Shown here: positions 1-9,959 of the stretch, one piece after another
How positions within the stretch are numbered: the first letter of the stretch is position 1
Layout: each line of letters starts with the position of its first letter
Source: Candidatus Binatia bacterium
Lineage (GTDB): Bacteria > Desulfobacterota > Binatia > UBA9968 > JAJDTQ01
Assembly (NCBI GenBank): GCA_963666515.2
Contig: OY762897.2
Location: 1,632,001-1,696,000 of the forward strand
Length of the DNA: 64,000 nt
Reading direction: 5' to 3'
Notes under the pieces: generated by a model
What the model was told of the DNA's origin: nothing
What the model saw: the letters and a program-made list of their open reading frames with translations, nothing else
Databases searched by the model: none
Position numbers and translations under genes: made by a program

Positions 1-2
1 CG

Positions 3-386
3 GGTGTGGCCGACCGCGTCGAATGCGTTGCCGGCGACTACCGGACGGACGCCGTGCCGGGCGGCCAGGACGTGATCTTCCTGTCCAACATCATCCACGG
101 GGAAGATGAAGCCGGCAATGAAGCTTTGATGGGTAAAGTGGCGAAATCGTTGTCCCCCGGCGGACAGCTCATCATCAAGGACCACATCCTGGGGGGAAGC
201 CGCGCGGAGACCAACGCCGGCGCTGTCTTCAGTCTGCTGATGCTCCTGACGACGGCCCGCGGGCGCTGCTATTCCCTCGACGAAGTCCGGGGCTGGCTCG
301 AACGCGGGGGGCTGGTGGATGTGGAGCGGGTGGAGTTGCCTCCGCCCCTGACGTCGTCCCTGGTCATCGGACGCAAGCCCTTGTAA
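3..386 (+). CDS. SAM-dependent O-methyltransferase (Methyltransf_2 type), 5'-truncated by window edge
   Basis: C-terminal motifs GDY...DVIFLSNIIH and L.PGG.L.I.D; frame is open to the window start. Confidence 0.8.
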   Translation, partial: GVADRVECVAGDYRTDAVPGGQDVIFLSNIIHGEDEAGNEALMGKVAKSLSPGGQLIIKDHILGGSRAETNAGAVFSLLMLLTTARGRCYSLDEVRGWLERGGLVDVERVELPPPLTSSLVIGRKPL

Positions 387-387
387 T

Positions 388-408
388 GGGGGCCTCGAAG
401 CGGCCCCC
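388..408. terminator. GC-rich hairpin between convergent genes
   Basis: GGGGGCC-tcgaagc-GGCCCCC directly after the methyltransferase stop; no clear U-tract. Confidence 0.35.
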
Positions 409-441
409 GACCTCGATCAGGGAGACTGACTTGGCGGGGGG

Positions 442-600
442 CTATTCCAGAACGGCGCCGGGAGAGATCTTGAAGGCCTTGTCCAGCACCTTGGCGCGCG
501 CCTGCTCGTTCCTGGCTCCCCCAAGCTTCACACGCAGCTTTGCCAGACTCTTTCTCCGCCGCCGCCGCCGCTTTATTTCCATCGTTCTCTGAAGAGGCAT
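442..600 (-). CDS. Small basic protein, DUF6800-like (52 aa; absent from ORF track)
   Basis: Translated by hand: MPLQRTMEIKRRRRRRKSLAKLRVKLGGARNEQARAKVLDKAFKISPGAVLE; Arg-run / KLR.KL / K...ISP pattern recalls DUF6800. Confidence 0.65.
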   Translation of the reverse strand: MPLQRTMEIKRRRRRRKSLAKLRVKLGGARNEQARAKVLDKAFKISPGAVLE

Positions 601-654
601 GGCGGTAACGGTTAGCACACGTACCAGAGGGTCGCAACCCTGCGCCGGCCGCCT

Positions 655-1581
655 TCACACGGTCTCGCCGGCGTAGATCCGCATCACCTTGTCAAGCAGC
701 GCGAGGGCATCGGGCTTGCTCCGCTGGAACGAGTTCCGCCCGATGATAGAGCCGAAACCGCCACCGGCATGGATGGCGCGGATTTCCGCCAGCAACGCTT
801 CGTCGGTGGTGGCGGGGCCGCCCGAGAAGATGACGATGCGCCGCCCGTCGAAGGCCGACTGCACCACGTGGCGGATCCGGTCCGCGGGATCCGCGATGGG
901 GACGCCTTCCTTCTCGTAGACCTTGCGCGCGGCGTCCTGCTCGATGTTCTCTCCGGGGAACTTGATCTTGATAATGTGGGCGCCGAGTTGGGCGGCGATC
1001 TGCGCGGCGTAGGCGCACACGTCGACGGCGGTCTCGCCAGCCTTACTGAGCTCCGATGTCCTGGGGTACGACCAAATCACTACAGCCAACCCGTTTTGTT
1101 TGGCCTTATGGGCGATGGCGCGGAATTGCTGGTACATCTCAAAGCGGTGCTCCGACCCGGGATAGACTGTGAAGCCCACGGCCGCGCACCCCAGCCGTAG
1201 CGCGTCCTCCACGCTGGAGGTGACGGCCTGGGTCGGATCCCTCTCGTCGTTCAGGAGATCGTGGTTGTTGACCTTCAGGATGAGCGGGATCTCCCCGGCA
1301 AACTCCCGCGCCCCGGCCTCCAGGAAGCCCAGCGGCGCCGCGTACGCGTTGCAGCCCGCATCTAGGGCCAGCTCGAAGTGATAGCGCGGATCATAGCCCG
1401 CGGGATTGGGAGCGAAACTCCGCGCCGGGCCGTGCTCGAACCCCTGGTCCACCGGCAGGATCACGAACTTGCCGGTGCCGCCGAGCCGGCCGTGGTTGAG
1501 AATCCGCGCCAGATTCGTCAGGGTGCCGGGGTTGTCGCTGCCGTACCAGCTCAGAACTTCCCGTACTGTCTCGGTCATCAC
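655..1581 (-). CDS. fbaB: Class I fructose-bisphosphate aldolase (DhnA/FbaB type)
   Basis: ILPVDQGFEHGP, WSYPR, Schiff-base AHIIKIK, FSGG, IIGRNSFQR; adjacent to fbp. Confidence 0.92.
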   Translation of the reverse strand: MMTETVREVLSWYGSDNPGTLTNLARILNHGRLGGTGKFVILPVDQGFEHGPARSFAPNPAGYDPRYHFELALDAGCNAYAAPLGFLEAGAREFAGEIPLILKVNNHDLLNDERDPTQAVTSSVEDALRLGCAAVGFTVYPGSEHRFEMYQQFRAIAHKAKQNGLAVVIWSYPRTSELSKAGETAVDVCAYAAQIAAQLGAHIIKIKFPGENIEQDAARKVYEKEGVPIADPADRIRHVVQSAFDGRRIVIFSGGPATTDEALLAEIRAIHAGGGFGSIIGRNSFQRSKPDALALLDKVMRIYAGETV

Positions 1582-1600
1582 TCATCCTCCTCCGGCGGGA

Positions 1601-2599
1601 TCATCCTTCCGCCATGAACTTTTCATAAAGCGCGACGTTCTCGGCACTGCCGACGGCGATGGGCGTGCGCTGATGGATGGCCTCCGGTGTTACGTCCAGC
1701 AGCCGCTCCCGGCCGGTGCTGGCGGCCCCGCCCGCCTGCTCCGCCACGCACGCCAGCGGCGCGCACTCGTAGAGCAGCCGCAGCTTGCCGTTGGGGCTGC
1801 CGGGGTCTCCGGGATAGAAGTACATGCCCCCGTCCAGCAGACAGCGGTGCAGATCGGCCACCAACGCGCCCGTGTATCTCAGCGAATGGGGCCTGCCGCT
1901 GGGCTTGTCGTTGTCCGTCACGTAGTCCAGGTACTTCCGCACGCCGGCGTCCCATGCCTTGTGGCGCCCGACGTTGGCGCTGTAGACCGCGCCCTTCTCC
2001 GGACAGCGAATGTCGTGATGGGACAGGATGAACTCTCCCACCCCCCGGTCCAACGTGAATCCGTGAACGCCCGCGCCCACCGTGTACACCAGCACCGTGC
2101 TGGTGCCGTAGAGCACGTAACCGGCGCATACCAGCTCCGAGCCCTTCTGAAGGAACTCCTCGCCGGAGAGTTCGCCGACCCGGCTGCGCCTGAGCACGCC
2201 GAAAATCGTCCCCAGCGGGGCGTTGACGTCGGTGTTGGACGAGCCGTCCAGGGGATCCGTGCACAGAAGATACCGGGCGTCCTCCGACGTGCTCATCACA
2301 ACCGCTTCGTCCAGCTCCTCCGACGCGATCCCGGCCACCAACTCGCAGCCGGCGAAGGCATCCATGACGATCTCGTTGCCGATGACGTCGAGCTTCTTCT
2401 GCATGTCTCCGGTGGCGTTCTGGTCACCCGCCAGACCCAGCTTGCCGGCGAGAGCGGCCTGATCGACCTCGCGGGCCAGAATCTTTCCCGCCAAGGCGAT
2501 GGGCTCCAGCAGCGCAAGAAGGTCGCTGCTCCCGTCCTTGCGCCAACTTCCCTCCTCACCGAGATGTCGGTTCAGCGTCGTGCCTGCGGCCATCTTCAC
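1601..2599 (-). CDS. fbp: Fructose-1,6-bisphosphatase class 1
   Basis: QKKLDV, SEE, DPLDGSSN, LRYTGALVAD, GKLRLLYEC motifs. Confidence 0.95.
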   Translation of the reverse strand: MKMAAGTTLNRHLGEEGSWRKDGSSDLLALLEPIALAGKILAREVDQAALAGKLGLAGDQNATGDMQKKLDVIGNEIVMDAFAGCELVAGIASEELDEAVVMSTSEDARYLLCTDPLDGSSNTDVNAPLGTIFGVLRRSRVGELSGEEFLQKGSELVCAGYVLYGTSTVLVYTVGAGVHGFTLDRGVGEFILSHHDIRCPEKGAVYSANVGRHKAWDAGVRKYLDYVTDNDKPSGRPHSLRYTGALVADLHRCLLDGGMYFYPGDPGSPNGKLRLLYECAPLACVAEQAGGAASTGRERLLDVTPEAIHQRTPIAVGSAENVALYEKFMAEG

Positions 2600-2648
2600 T
2601 ACCCCTGATTCCCCTTGTTTGTAAACTTTTTCGGAAGTGGACTGTAAA

Positions 2649-3560
2649 TTACGCCTTGGCGGCTCTGACGCCGCTGGGCAGCACCCCGAAGTCCCTGAGG
2701 ATCCTCGCCAAGTGTTCCCTGTAGGCTTCGGTCATAACCGGCAGCGGAGGCCGCACCGGACCGCCAGCGAGGCCCACCATGTCCATGCCGGCCTTGACCA
2801 CCGCCGCGTGGCCGGCCGCTTTGCACAGCATCCGGTACTCGGCCAGCCGCAGGTACAGCGCCTGCGCCTCGTGGGCGTCGCCGCGGACCGCGGCATCGTA
2901 GATCTCCACCACAGATTCCGGCCAGAACGAAGCGGTGGTGGCGGTGTTGCCGATCATGCCCAGGGCCAGACATGTCCAGATCATGGACTCCGCACCGCCG
3001 ATGAGCGCCATCTTGTCGGCCGCCAGGGCCACCGTCTCGTCCAGCTCCACGGCATTCTGGCTAGCCTGCTTGATGCCGGCGATTCCGGCCACGTCCGCCA
3101 GCTCGGCGATCATCGCGGGCCGCATGCTGTAGCCCACCCGCGGCGGCGCGTTGTAGAGAAACACCGGCACGCCCACCTCGGCGATTCTCTCGAAATGGTC
3201 GCGGATGCTGGCGTCGTTGACGTTGTTGAAGTACGGCGGCGTCGCCATCACCGCGTCGGCTCCCAACTCCTTGGCGTAGCGGGTCAACTCCACCGCGGCC
3301 ACCGTGCCGGAGTGGGACACGCCCAGCATGATGGGCTTGCGCCCCTGGTTGGTCTCCACGGCGATGCGCATGATCTCCAGGCGCTCCTCGTCAGTCACCG
3401 CGGCGAACTCGCCCTGGGTGCCGAGGACCACCAGCACGTGCGCCGAACTGTCGGCAGCGAAAGAGACGTTGCGCGCCATCCCTTCCGTGTCCAGGGACAG
3501 GTCGTCCTTGAACGGCGTCGTCAGAATCGTGTGTATGCCTCGCCACCTGTCGTGATCCAT
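2649..3560 (-). CDS. Dihydrodipicolinate synthase / N-acetylneuraminate lyase family protein
   Basis: TPF, GTQGEF, PPYF, LYNAP, GIKQAS (catalytic Tyr and Lys). Confidence 0.85.
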   Translation of the reverse strand: MDHDRWRGIHTILTTPFKDDLSLDTEGMARNVSFAADSSAHVLVVLGTQGEFAAVTDEERLEIMRIAVETNQGRKPIMLGVSHSGTVAAVELTRYAKELGADAVMATPPYFNNVNDASIRDHFERIAEVGVPVFLYNAPPRVGYSMRPAMIAELADVAGIAGIKQASQNAVELDETVALAADKMALIGGAESMIWTCLALGMIGNTATTASFWPESVVEIYDAAVRGDAHEAQALYLRLAEYRMLCKAAGHAAVVKAGMDMVGLAGGPVRPPLPVMTEAYREHLARILRDFGVLPSGVRAAKA

Positions 3561-3767
3561 GTCCCCTCCCGACTCGTTTCCAGGATGTCCCGCGAACGGA
3601 ATGGCTTCAACGCTATATGGATCGCGGCGGGTCTGTCAACACGCATCCCGGACGCTGTCGCGCGTGGCGATCCTTGACAATACGGGCTCCCTTGGATAAC
3701 GGGAACGGACACGCCGGGGCCGGACGCGAAGAGACGACTCGGCGATTCGCCACTAGCAGGCGGCCAC

Positions 3768-4565
3768 GTGTCCAGCGACAAGTACACCGTAAAGCAGGTC
3801 AGCTACCCCAGCGGCGGCATCGACATCAACGCGCTCCTGTTCGAGCCCGCGGGCGGAACGGAGGGCGCGCCCGCCATCGTGCACCACCCGTCCCACAAGA
3901 GCCCGGCAAAGCACTACGAATGGTATCTCGGGAAGTTCGCAGAGGCGGGGTATGTGGGGCTGGGCATCGAGCAGCGCGGCTACGGCTCGGGGCCCGCTGG
4001 GCAGAGCGACCGCGGCGGACCCTTGCAACAGGGCGACATCGCCAACGGCATCACGTTCCTGAGCGGGTTGCCGTCGGTGGACGCCGGCCGCGTCGCGGTG
4101 AGCGGGCATTCCAACGGCGCGGCCTTGGCCCTGATCGTCAGCTCCAGAGACGAGCGCGTGAAAGCCTGTCTGAGCCTCGCCCCCAAGACCGACTGGGTCA
4201 AGGCGTTACGGGGGGCCAGGGAGTGGAAACCGGACTTCTACGAGCTGACGGTCAAGGAGATGACCGGCGGAGTCCCGCCGGAGGTGGACCCCAATCCCTT
4301 CCTGGAGCGGTCCCCCATCCACTACGCCGGGGACATCAAGGTGCCGGTGCTGTTCATCGTCGGGGCGCAGGACTGGGTCAACCCCTCCTACCACTGCACG
4401 GACATGGCCGACGCTCTCAGGCAGGCTGGGAACGAGCACGTGGCCGTGGAGATCATCGACGAGGTGGAGCACTTCTTCTGCCAACGGCACTTCCTCGGAT
4501 ACCGCTTCGACGCGGTGACCGGGCCGGCCCTGCACTGGCTTGACCGCTACGTCAAGGGAACATGA
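3768..4565 (+). CDS. Alpha/beta hydrolase (S9 peptidase / dienelactone hydrolase-like)
   Basis: RGYG, nucleophile elbow GHSNG, G.QD acid residue, VEHFF His; GTG start. Confidence 0.8.
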   Translation: MSSDKYTVKQVSYPSGGIDINALLFEPAGGTEGAPAIVHHPSHKSPAKHYEWYLGKFAEAGYVGLGIEQRGYGSGPAGQSDRGGPLQQGDIANGITFLSGLPSVDAGRVAVSGHSNGAALALIVSSRDERVKACLSLAPKTDWVKALRGAREWKPDFYELTVKEMTGGVPPEVDPNPFLERSPIHYAGDIKVPVLFIVGAQDWVNPSYHCTDMADALRQAGNEHVAVEIIDEVEHFFCQRHFLGYRFDAVTGPALHWLDRYVKGT

Positions 4566-4617
4566 CCGTCCCCCACTCCCGACCATCAGCACATCGAAGC
4601 CAGGAAGGATTGACTCC

Positions 4618-7530
4618 ATGAACGGCTCGCGCAGCGAACCGATGGCCCACATCTCCCTGACTATCAACGGCAAGCCGGCGGAGGCCGACGTCCCGGCGCG
4701 CAAGACGCTGCTGGACGCGGTCCGCGAGGAGTTGGGCCAGACCGGCACGCACGCAGGGTGCGAGCATGGCGTGTGCGGCTGCTGCAACGTGCTGCTGGAC
4801 GGCAAGGTGGTGCGTTCGTGCCTGCTGCTGGCGGTCCAGGCCGACGGGCGCGACGTCCGGACGGTGGAAAGCCTGGGTTCTCCCGAGCGGCTGGGACCGC
4901 TTCAGCGCGCCTTTGCAGAGAAGCACGCCATGCAGTGCGGCTACTGCACGCCGGGCATGATCATGGCCGCGGCGGACCTGCTGGCGGCCAACCCGGACCC
5001 GGACGAATCGGAGATCCGCACCGCCCTTTCCGGCAACCTGTGCCGCTGCACCGGCTACATGGAGATCGTCGACGCGGTGAAGGACGCCGCTGGGAGGATC
5101 GCTCGCGGCCAGGCCGCGGTGGAAGAGCCCCCTGCCCTTCCCGCGGACGCCGGCGGCGGCCCTTACATCGGACGCCGCATTCCGCCGGTGGAGGATCGCC
5201 GCTTCGTCGCCGGCAAGGGCGCCTACGTCAACGACTTCACGTTGCCGGATCTGCTGCACATGGCCATGGTACGCTCCCCCCACGCCCACGCGCGCATTCT
5301 GAGCATCGACACGAGCCGGGCCGAAGCCCTTCCCGGTGTGGCGGCGGTCATTCTGGGAGCGATGCTGCCGGACGTCATCGACCCGGTGCCACAGAACCTC
5401 GATATCCCTGACGTGGTCTGGTACCCGCTGGCGGTGGACAAGGTGCGCTACGCGGGCGAGTGGGTGGCCGCGGTGGTGGCGGAGAACCGCTACGTCGCCG
5501 AAGATGCGGCCGAACTGGTGGAGGTGGAGTACGAGATGCTGGCGCCGGTGGTGGACCCCGAGGAGGCCATCCGGCCGGGCACCCCGGTGCTGCACGAGAA
5601 GCACGGCAGCAACATCGCCTACGAGCGGGTGCTCACCTACGGTCCGGTGGAGGAGGCCATCGGCAAGGCGGAGCACGTGTTCGAGGAACGCTACCGCTGG
5701 AACCGCCACTCCGGCGTGCCGCTGGAGACTTTCGGAGCGGTGGCGAAGTGGGACGCCGCACGGCAGGAGATGGGTCTCTGGGCTTCCCACCAGACCCCCA
5801 ACATCGAGGAGCAGCTCGCCAGGGTGCTGCGCCTGCCGTTGAACCAGCTCCGCGTCCACCAGCACCTGGACGTGGGCGGCAGCCACGGGGTCAAGCGCGG
5901 CCGCAAGCACATGTTCCTCACCGCGGCCGTGAGCCGGATGCTGGACCGCCCGGTGAAGTTCATCGAGGACCGGTTGGAGAACATGAGCTCGGGGGACGGC
6001 CACGGACCCGACCGAGTCTACTACCTGCGCGCCGCCTGCGACGGCGACGGCGTCATCCAGGCCCTTGACATCCGCTGCATCGACGACGCCGGCGCCTACG
6101 CGGGCCGCGGCGCCATGCAGCTCATCAAGCCCATCACCGCCATCGTGGGCCCGTACCGCATCCCCGCGGTGCGCTACCACGCCATCTCCGCGCTGACCTC
6201 CAAGACCAACCAGTCGCCCTACCGGGGCTTCGGCCAGGCGCCCGCGGGATACGTGCTGGAGCGCATGGTGGACCTGATCGCCAGGGAGCTGGGGATCGAC
6301 CGGGCGGAGATCCGCTCGCGGAACTTCATCCAGCCCGACGAGTTTCCGTACACGATTCCCACCGGAGCGGAGTACGACAGCGGCGACTATCCCGCGTGCC
6401 TGGAGAAGGCGCTGGCGGTGTCCGGCGCCGACACCTGGGAACAGCGGCGGCAGGAGGCCCGGGGGCGCGGCAAGTGGCTCGGCTTCGGCCTCTCCACGGT
6501 CATCGAGCCGGGCGGCGGCACCGGCATGGTGTTCGCGGTCATGGGGCCGCAGATGGTGAACATGGACACCAACATGGAGGGCATCCGGGTGCACGTGGAC
6601 GTCACCGGGATGATCACCGTCACCATCGGCTTCCAGTCCTGCGGCCAAGGCCACGAGACCACCACCACCCAGTTAGCGTGCGATTTCTTCGGCGTCTCGC
6701 CGGACCGCGTCCGCATCGCCCGCGCCGACTCCATGGAGGGCATCGTCACCCGCGCCACGTCCGGCAACCGCCTGCACCTGATGCTGCCGCTGGCGCTGTT
6801 CAGCGCGGGCCGGAGGATCAAGGAGAAGATGCAGGCCATCGCGGCCAACGCCCTGGAGGTCCCGGCGGAGCGTATCGAGCTGGCCGGCGGCATGTTCAGC
6901 GACCGGGAGGACCCGGAGAAGACCGTGAGCTGGGACCAAGTGTGCTTCTACGCCTACCGCCGCGACACGCTGCTGTCGCCGGGCATGGAGCCCGGACTCA
7001 TGGCCAGCGCCATCGCCAAGCACCCGCGGGGGTTCGTCCCGCCCACTCCCGACGGGCGGGTCGCGGGCGGGTTCGCCACCTACACGTTCTCGGTGCACGT
7101 GCCGGTGGTGGAGGTGGATCCGGAGACCCTGGAGATCAAGCTGGTGGACTACTACGTGGTCCACGACTGCGGCAAGGTCATCAATCCGCTGATTGTGGAG
7201 AGCTTCTGCTACGGCGGCGTGAACCTGGGCATCGGCGGCGCTCTCTACGAGCAGTTCAAGTACGACGAGGACGGCCAGCTCCTGAGCCAGACCTTCATGG
7301 ACTATCTCCTGCCCTCCACCATGGAGGTGCCGGAGATCGTGCTGGAGGAGCACGAGACCCCGGCGCCGGGGAACCCGGTGGGCGCCAAGGCGGCCGGCGA
7401 GAGCGGCTACATGCCCGCGCCCCCCGCCATCGTGAGCGCGGTGGAAGACGCCCTGCGACACACCAACGTGCGCATCACCGACACGCCGGTCACACCCGAC
7501 ATCCTGTTCGGGCTCATCAACGGGCGTTGA
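4618..7530 (+). CDS. Xanthine dehydrogenase family Mo-hydroxylase with N-terminally fused 2x[2Fe-2S] (CoxS-CoxL-like fusion)
   Basis: [26 protein letters not shown] followed by [32 protein letters not shown]; start 4618 or 4642. Confidence 0.9.
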   Translation: MNGSRSEPMAHISLTINGKPAEADVPARKTLLDAVREELGQTGTHAGCEHGVCGCCNVLLDGKVVRSCLLLAVQADGRDVRTVESLGSPERLGPLQRAFAEKHAMQCGYCTPGMIMAAADLLAANPDPDESEIRTALSGNLCRCTGYMEIVDAVKDAAGRIARGQAAVEEPPALPADAGGGPYIGRRIPPVEDRRFVAGKGAYVNDFTLPDLLHMAMVRSPHAHARILSIDTSRAEALPGVAAVILGAMLPDVIDPVPQNLDIPDVVWYPLAVDKVRYAGEWVAAVVAENRYVAEDAAELVEVEYEMLAPVVDPEEAIRPGTPVLHEKHGSNIAYERVLTYGPVEEAIGKAEHVFEERYRWNRHSGVPLETFGAVAKWDAARQEMGLWASHQTPNIEEQLARVLRLPLNQLRVHQHLDVGGSHGVKRGRKHMFLTAAVSRMLDRPVKFIEDRLENMSSGDGHGPDRVYYLRAACDGDGVIQALDIRCIDDAGAYAGRGAMQLIKPITAIVGPYRIPAVRYHAISALTSKTNQSPYRGFGQAPAGYVLERMVDLIARELGIDRAEIRSRNFIQPDEFPYTIPTGAEYDSGDYPACLEKALAVSGADTWEQRRQEARGRGKWLGFGLSTVIEPGGGTGMVFAVMGPQMVNMDTNMEGIRVHVDVTGMITVTIGFQSCGQGHETTTTQLACDFFGVSPDRVRIARADSMEGIVTRATSGNRLHLMLPLALFSAGRRIKEKMQAIAANALEVPAERIELAGGMFSDREDPEKTVSWDQVCFYAYRRDTLLSPGMEPGLMASAIAKHPRGFVPPTPDGRVAGGFATYTFSVHVPVVEVDPETLEIKLVDYYVVHDCGKVINPLIVESFCYGGVNLGIGGALYEQFKYDEDGQLLSQTFMDYLLPSTMEVPEIVLEEHETPAPGNPVGAKAAGESGYMPAPPAIVSAVEDALRHTNVRITDTPVTPDILFGLINGR

Positions 7531-7549
7531 GGCTGGTGGGAGGCGCCGG

Positions 7550-8422
7550 ATGAAACCGCCGATATTCGACTACGTCGTGGCCGAGAGCCGGGAACACGCG
7601 CTGGAGGTGCTGCGCGAGCACGGCGACGACGCCAAAGTGCTGGCTGGAGGCCAGAGCCTGGTGCCGCTGATGAGCTTCCGGCTGGCGAAGCCGGCCGTGC
7701 TGCTGGACATCAACCGGCTGGAGGGACTGGACGCCATCGAGGTGTCCGACGGACGCATGAGCATCGGTGCGCTGACGCGGCAATGCGAGCTGCTGAGCGA
7801 TCCGCTGATTGCGGAGAATTGCCCGCTCATTCGCGCTGCCACGGAGTTCATCGGCCATCCCGCCATCCGCAACCGCGGCACCGTGGGCGGCAGCGTCGCC
7901 CATGCGGACCCCGCCGCGGAGCTGCCGGTCCTGCTCCAGGTGCTCGATGCAGAGGTCGAGGTGTGCTCGGCCGGATCGCGGAGAATCATCCCGGCGGATG
8001 ACTTTTTCATGGGTCTGCTGATGACCAGGATGACGCCCGACGAACTGCTCACCGGGGTCAGCTTCCCGGCACCCGAGAAAAGCGCAGGCTGGAGCTTTCA
8101 CGAGGTCGCGCGCCGTCACGGGGACTTCGCGCTGGTGGCCGCGGCGGCGCTGGTCACCCTGGACGGCGCGGGCGCGATCGACAGCGCGGCCGTGGCCTTG
8201 GGCGGCATCGCCGAGCGGCCGGTGCGTGTGAAGACGGTGGAGGACGCCCTCAAGGGCAACGCGCCGACCCAGGAAGGGATCGAATCCGCGTCACGGCTGG
8301 TCGCGGACTCGGTCACGCCCGTGGGCGACATCCACGCCGGCGAAGCCTACCGCGCTCACCTGGGACGGGTCCTGACCCGGCGGGCCATCCACGACGCCGT
8401 GGAGCGCGCCCGCAGCAACTGA
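7550..8422 (+). CDS. Mo-hydroxylase FAD-binding subunit (CoxM-like)
   Basis: AGGQSLVP, IRNRGTVGGS.AHADPAAE, RRHGDFA. Confidence 0.92.
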   Translation: MKPPIFDYVVAESREHALEVLREHGDDAKVLAGGQSLVPLMSFRLAKPAVLLDINRLEGLDAIEVSDGRMSIGALTRQCELLSDPLIAENCPLIRAATEFIGHPAIRNRGTVGGSVAHADPAAELPVLLQVLDAEVEVCSAGSRRIIPADDFFMGLLMTRMTPDELLTGVSFPAPEKSAGWSFHEVARRHGDFALVAAAALVTLDGAGAIDSAAVALGGIAERPVRVKTVEDALKGNAPTQEGIESASRLVADSVTPVGDIHAGEAYRAHLGRVLTRRAIHDAVERARSN

Positions 8423-8439
8423 TCAGCTTGGATCGATCA

Positions 8440-8468
8440 TTGACATCGCCTATTGAGGGGTGTAGGCT
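8440..8468 (+). promoter_or_regulatory. Sigma70-type promoter for the repeat protein gene
   Basis: TTGACA (8440-8445), 17-bp spacer, TAGGCT (8463-8468). Confidence 0.55.
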
Positions 8469-8512
8469 GTTTTGGAATGTTCAGTGTACACCAAACCGGG
8501 AGAGGCAGGGCG

Positions 8513-8971
8513 ATGGCTGAGGCGATCAAGAACAAACTGACCCATTGGATCAAGGACCATGCCGGATTTTGGAGCTTCGGCATATTCGTGGTAGCGACCC
8601 TGGGGCTGTTGGGAGGCCTTGGGGTGTGGGCTCTGGACTCGCAAGACAGGAAAATCATGGCCGTTCTTACGGCCGAAGACAAACGGCTCGATAGCAGGAT
8701 TGACGGCAACACGGAGCTTCTTAAACGTATAGACAAGAAAATAGATCGCGTGGACCAGAAAATCGATGGCCTTAGCGCCCGCGTGGACAAAAAAATCGAC
8801 AGCATGGACAAGAAGATCGACGACCTTAGCGCACGCATGGACAAGAAAATCGACGACCTGAGCGCGCGCATGGACCGGAAAATCGATAACTTGAGCGCAC
8901 GCATGGACAAGAAAATCGATAACCTGAGCGCACGCATGGACACAATCCTGGACAGGCTCCCGGCCAGATAA
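8513..8971 (+). CDS. Membrane-anchored coiled-coil repeat protein
   Basis: RBS-like GGAGAGG, one N-terminal TM helix, then DKKID(D/N)LSARM repeats. Confidence 0.7.
   Translation: MAEAIKNKLTHWIKDHAGFWSFGIFVVATLGLLGGLGVWALDSQDRKIMAVLTAEDKRLDSRIDGNTELLKRIDKKIDRVDQKIDGLSARVDKKIDSMDKKIDDLSARMDKKIDDLSARMDRKIDNLSARMDKKIDNLSARMDTILDRLPAR
8732..8941 (+). repeat. Intragenic tandem repeat of 33-bp (11-aa) and 21-bp (7-aa) units
   Basis: DKKIDRV / DQKIDGLSARV / DKKIDSM / DKKIDDLSARM x2 / DRKIDNLSARM / DKKIDNLSARM. Confidence 0.9.
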
Positions 8972-8984
8972 GGGTATTGCCGGC

Positions 8985-9851
8985 TCACTCCACCCCACCT
9001 TTCGCCCTGTCGCTCCACCCCAACGGCAGGTAGCGCAACGCCAGACCCGCAAGGATCGACCCGCCGCCGATGAAGGTGGCGAGGGACGGCACCTCCCCTA
9101 CCCACAGCGCGACCCACAACGGATTGAGCACCGGCTCCACCAGGGAGATCAGCGAGGCTTCCTGCACCGATATGTGCTCGATGCTCCGGAAGAAAAAGAA
9201 GTGGGCGAAAGCGAACTGGACGACCCCCAGGCAGGCCAGGGCTGCGAGCTGAGCCAGCGACACGGAAAGCGAGCCGTAGGCGAACCCGAGCAGGGCGAGG
9301 GTCGAGATGAAGTTGTTGGCGAGCATCAGCGCGAACGGGTCGAATCCCCTGAGGAAGCGGAGGTTGATGAAGTAGACGCCCAGCATGAACCCGCTGCCGA
9401 GGCCCACGGAAACGCCGGGCAGGTCCTGCGCGCCCGCGGCGCCGCCGAATATGATCAGGATACCGGCGGTGCCGAAAATCAGCGTCACCAGGTCGGGGCG
9501 CGCGGGGCGCTCGCGCAGCAGCAGCAACACCAGGACGCATACGAACACCGGGGCGGTGTTCTGCAGCACGATGGCGTTGGCCGCGGTGGTGAGCTTGGTG
9601 GCCCACACCAGCGAGCCGGTGGCCGCGGTGAACGCCAGACCGCAGAACAACAGATGCGGCTTCGGCCGCCACCGCCGGGTCACCGCGAAGGGGAGGAAGA
9701 AGAGCATGGCGAACAGGCTCCGGTAGAAGGCGATGACCGCGGGATGAAGCGCCAGCGACTTGATGAAGACGCCGGCCAGACTCCAGCAGAATGCGGCGAG
9801 CAGCGCGAACAGCCTGCACCGAGTGACCGACGACCTGGAGGCCTGTTCCAT
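8985..9851 (-). CDS. EamA/DMT family transporter
   Basis: About 10 TM helices, ANAIVLQNTAPVFV, ASLISLVEPVLNP; start uncertain. Confidence 0.85.
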   Translation of the reverse strand: MEQASRSSVTRCRLFALLAAFCWSLAGVFIKSLALHPAVIAFYRSLFAMLFFLPFAVTRRWRPKPHLLFCGLAFTAATGSLVWATKLTTAANAIVLQNTAPVFVCVLVLLLLRERPARPDLVTLIFGTAGILIIFGGAAGAQDLPGVSVGLGSGFMLGVYFINLRFLRGFDPFALMLANNFISTLALLGFAYGSLSVSLAQLAALACLGVVQFAFAHFFFFRSIEHISVQEASLISLVEPVLNPLWVALWVGEVPSLATFIGGGSILAGLALRYLPLGWSDRAKGGVE

Positions 9852-9959
9852 GACTTGTGTCCGTGAAGGGACGCCAAAACGCGAAAACCGGAGAAATGCG
9901 CGCATCTCTCCGGCTTTCCGGCGTTGCTCCGCGCCGCTCCGGTCTGTCCGAAGACCGGG

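Noticed and set aside
4618-8422. Aerobic CO dehydrogenase (form I cox)
   Set aside because: Lacks the AYxCSFR loop and the coxDEFG accessory genes
8732-8941. Possible CRISPR array (33-bp periodicity)
   Set aside because: Units are contiguous without unique spacers, vary at synonymous positions and lie in frame within a CDS; no cas genes
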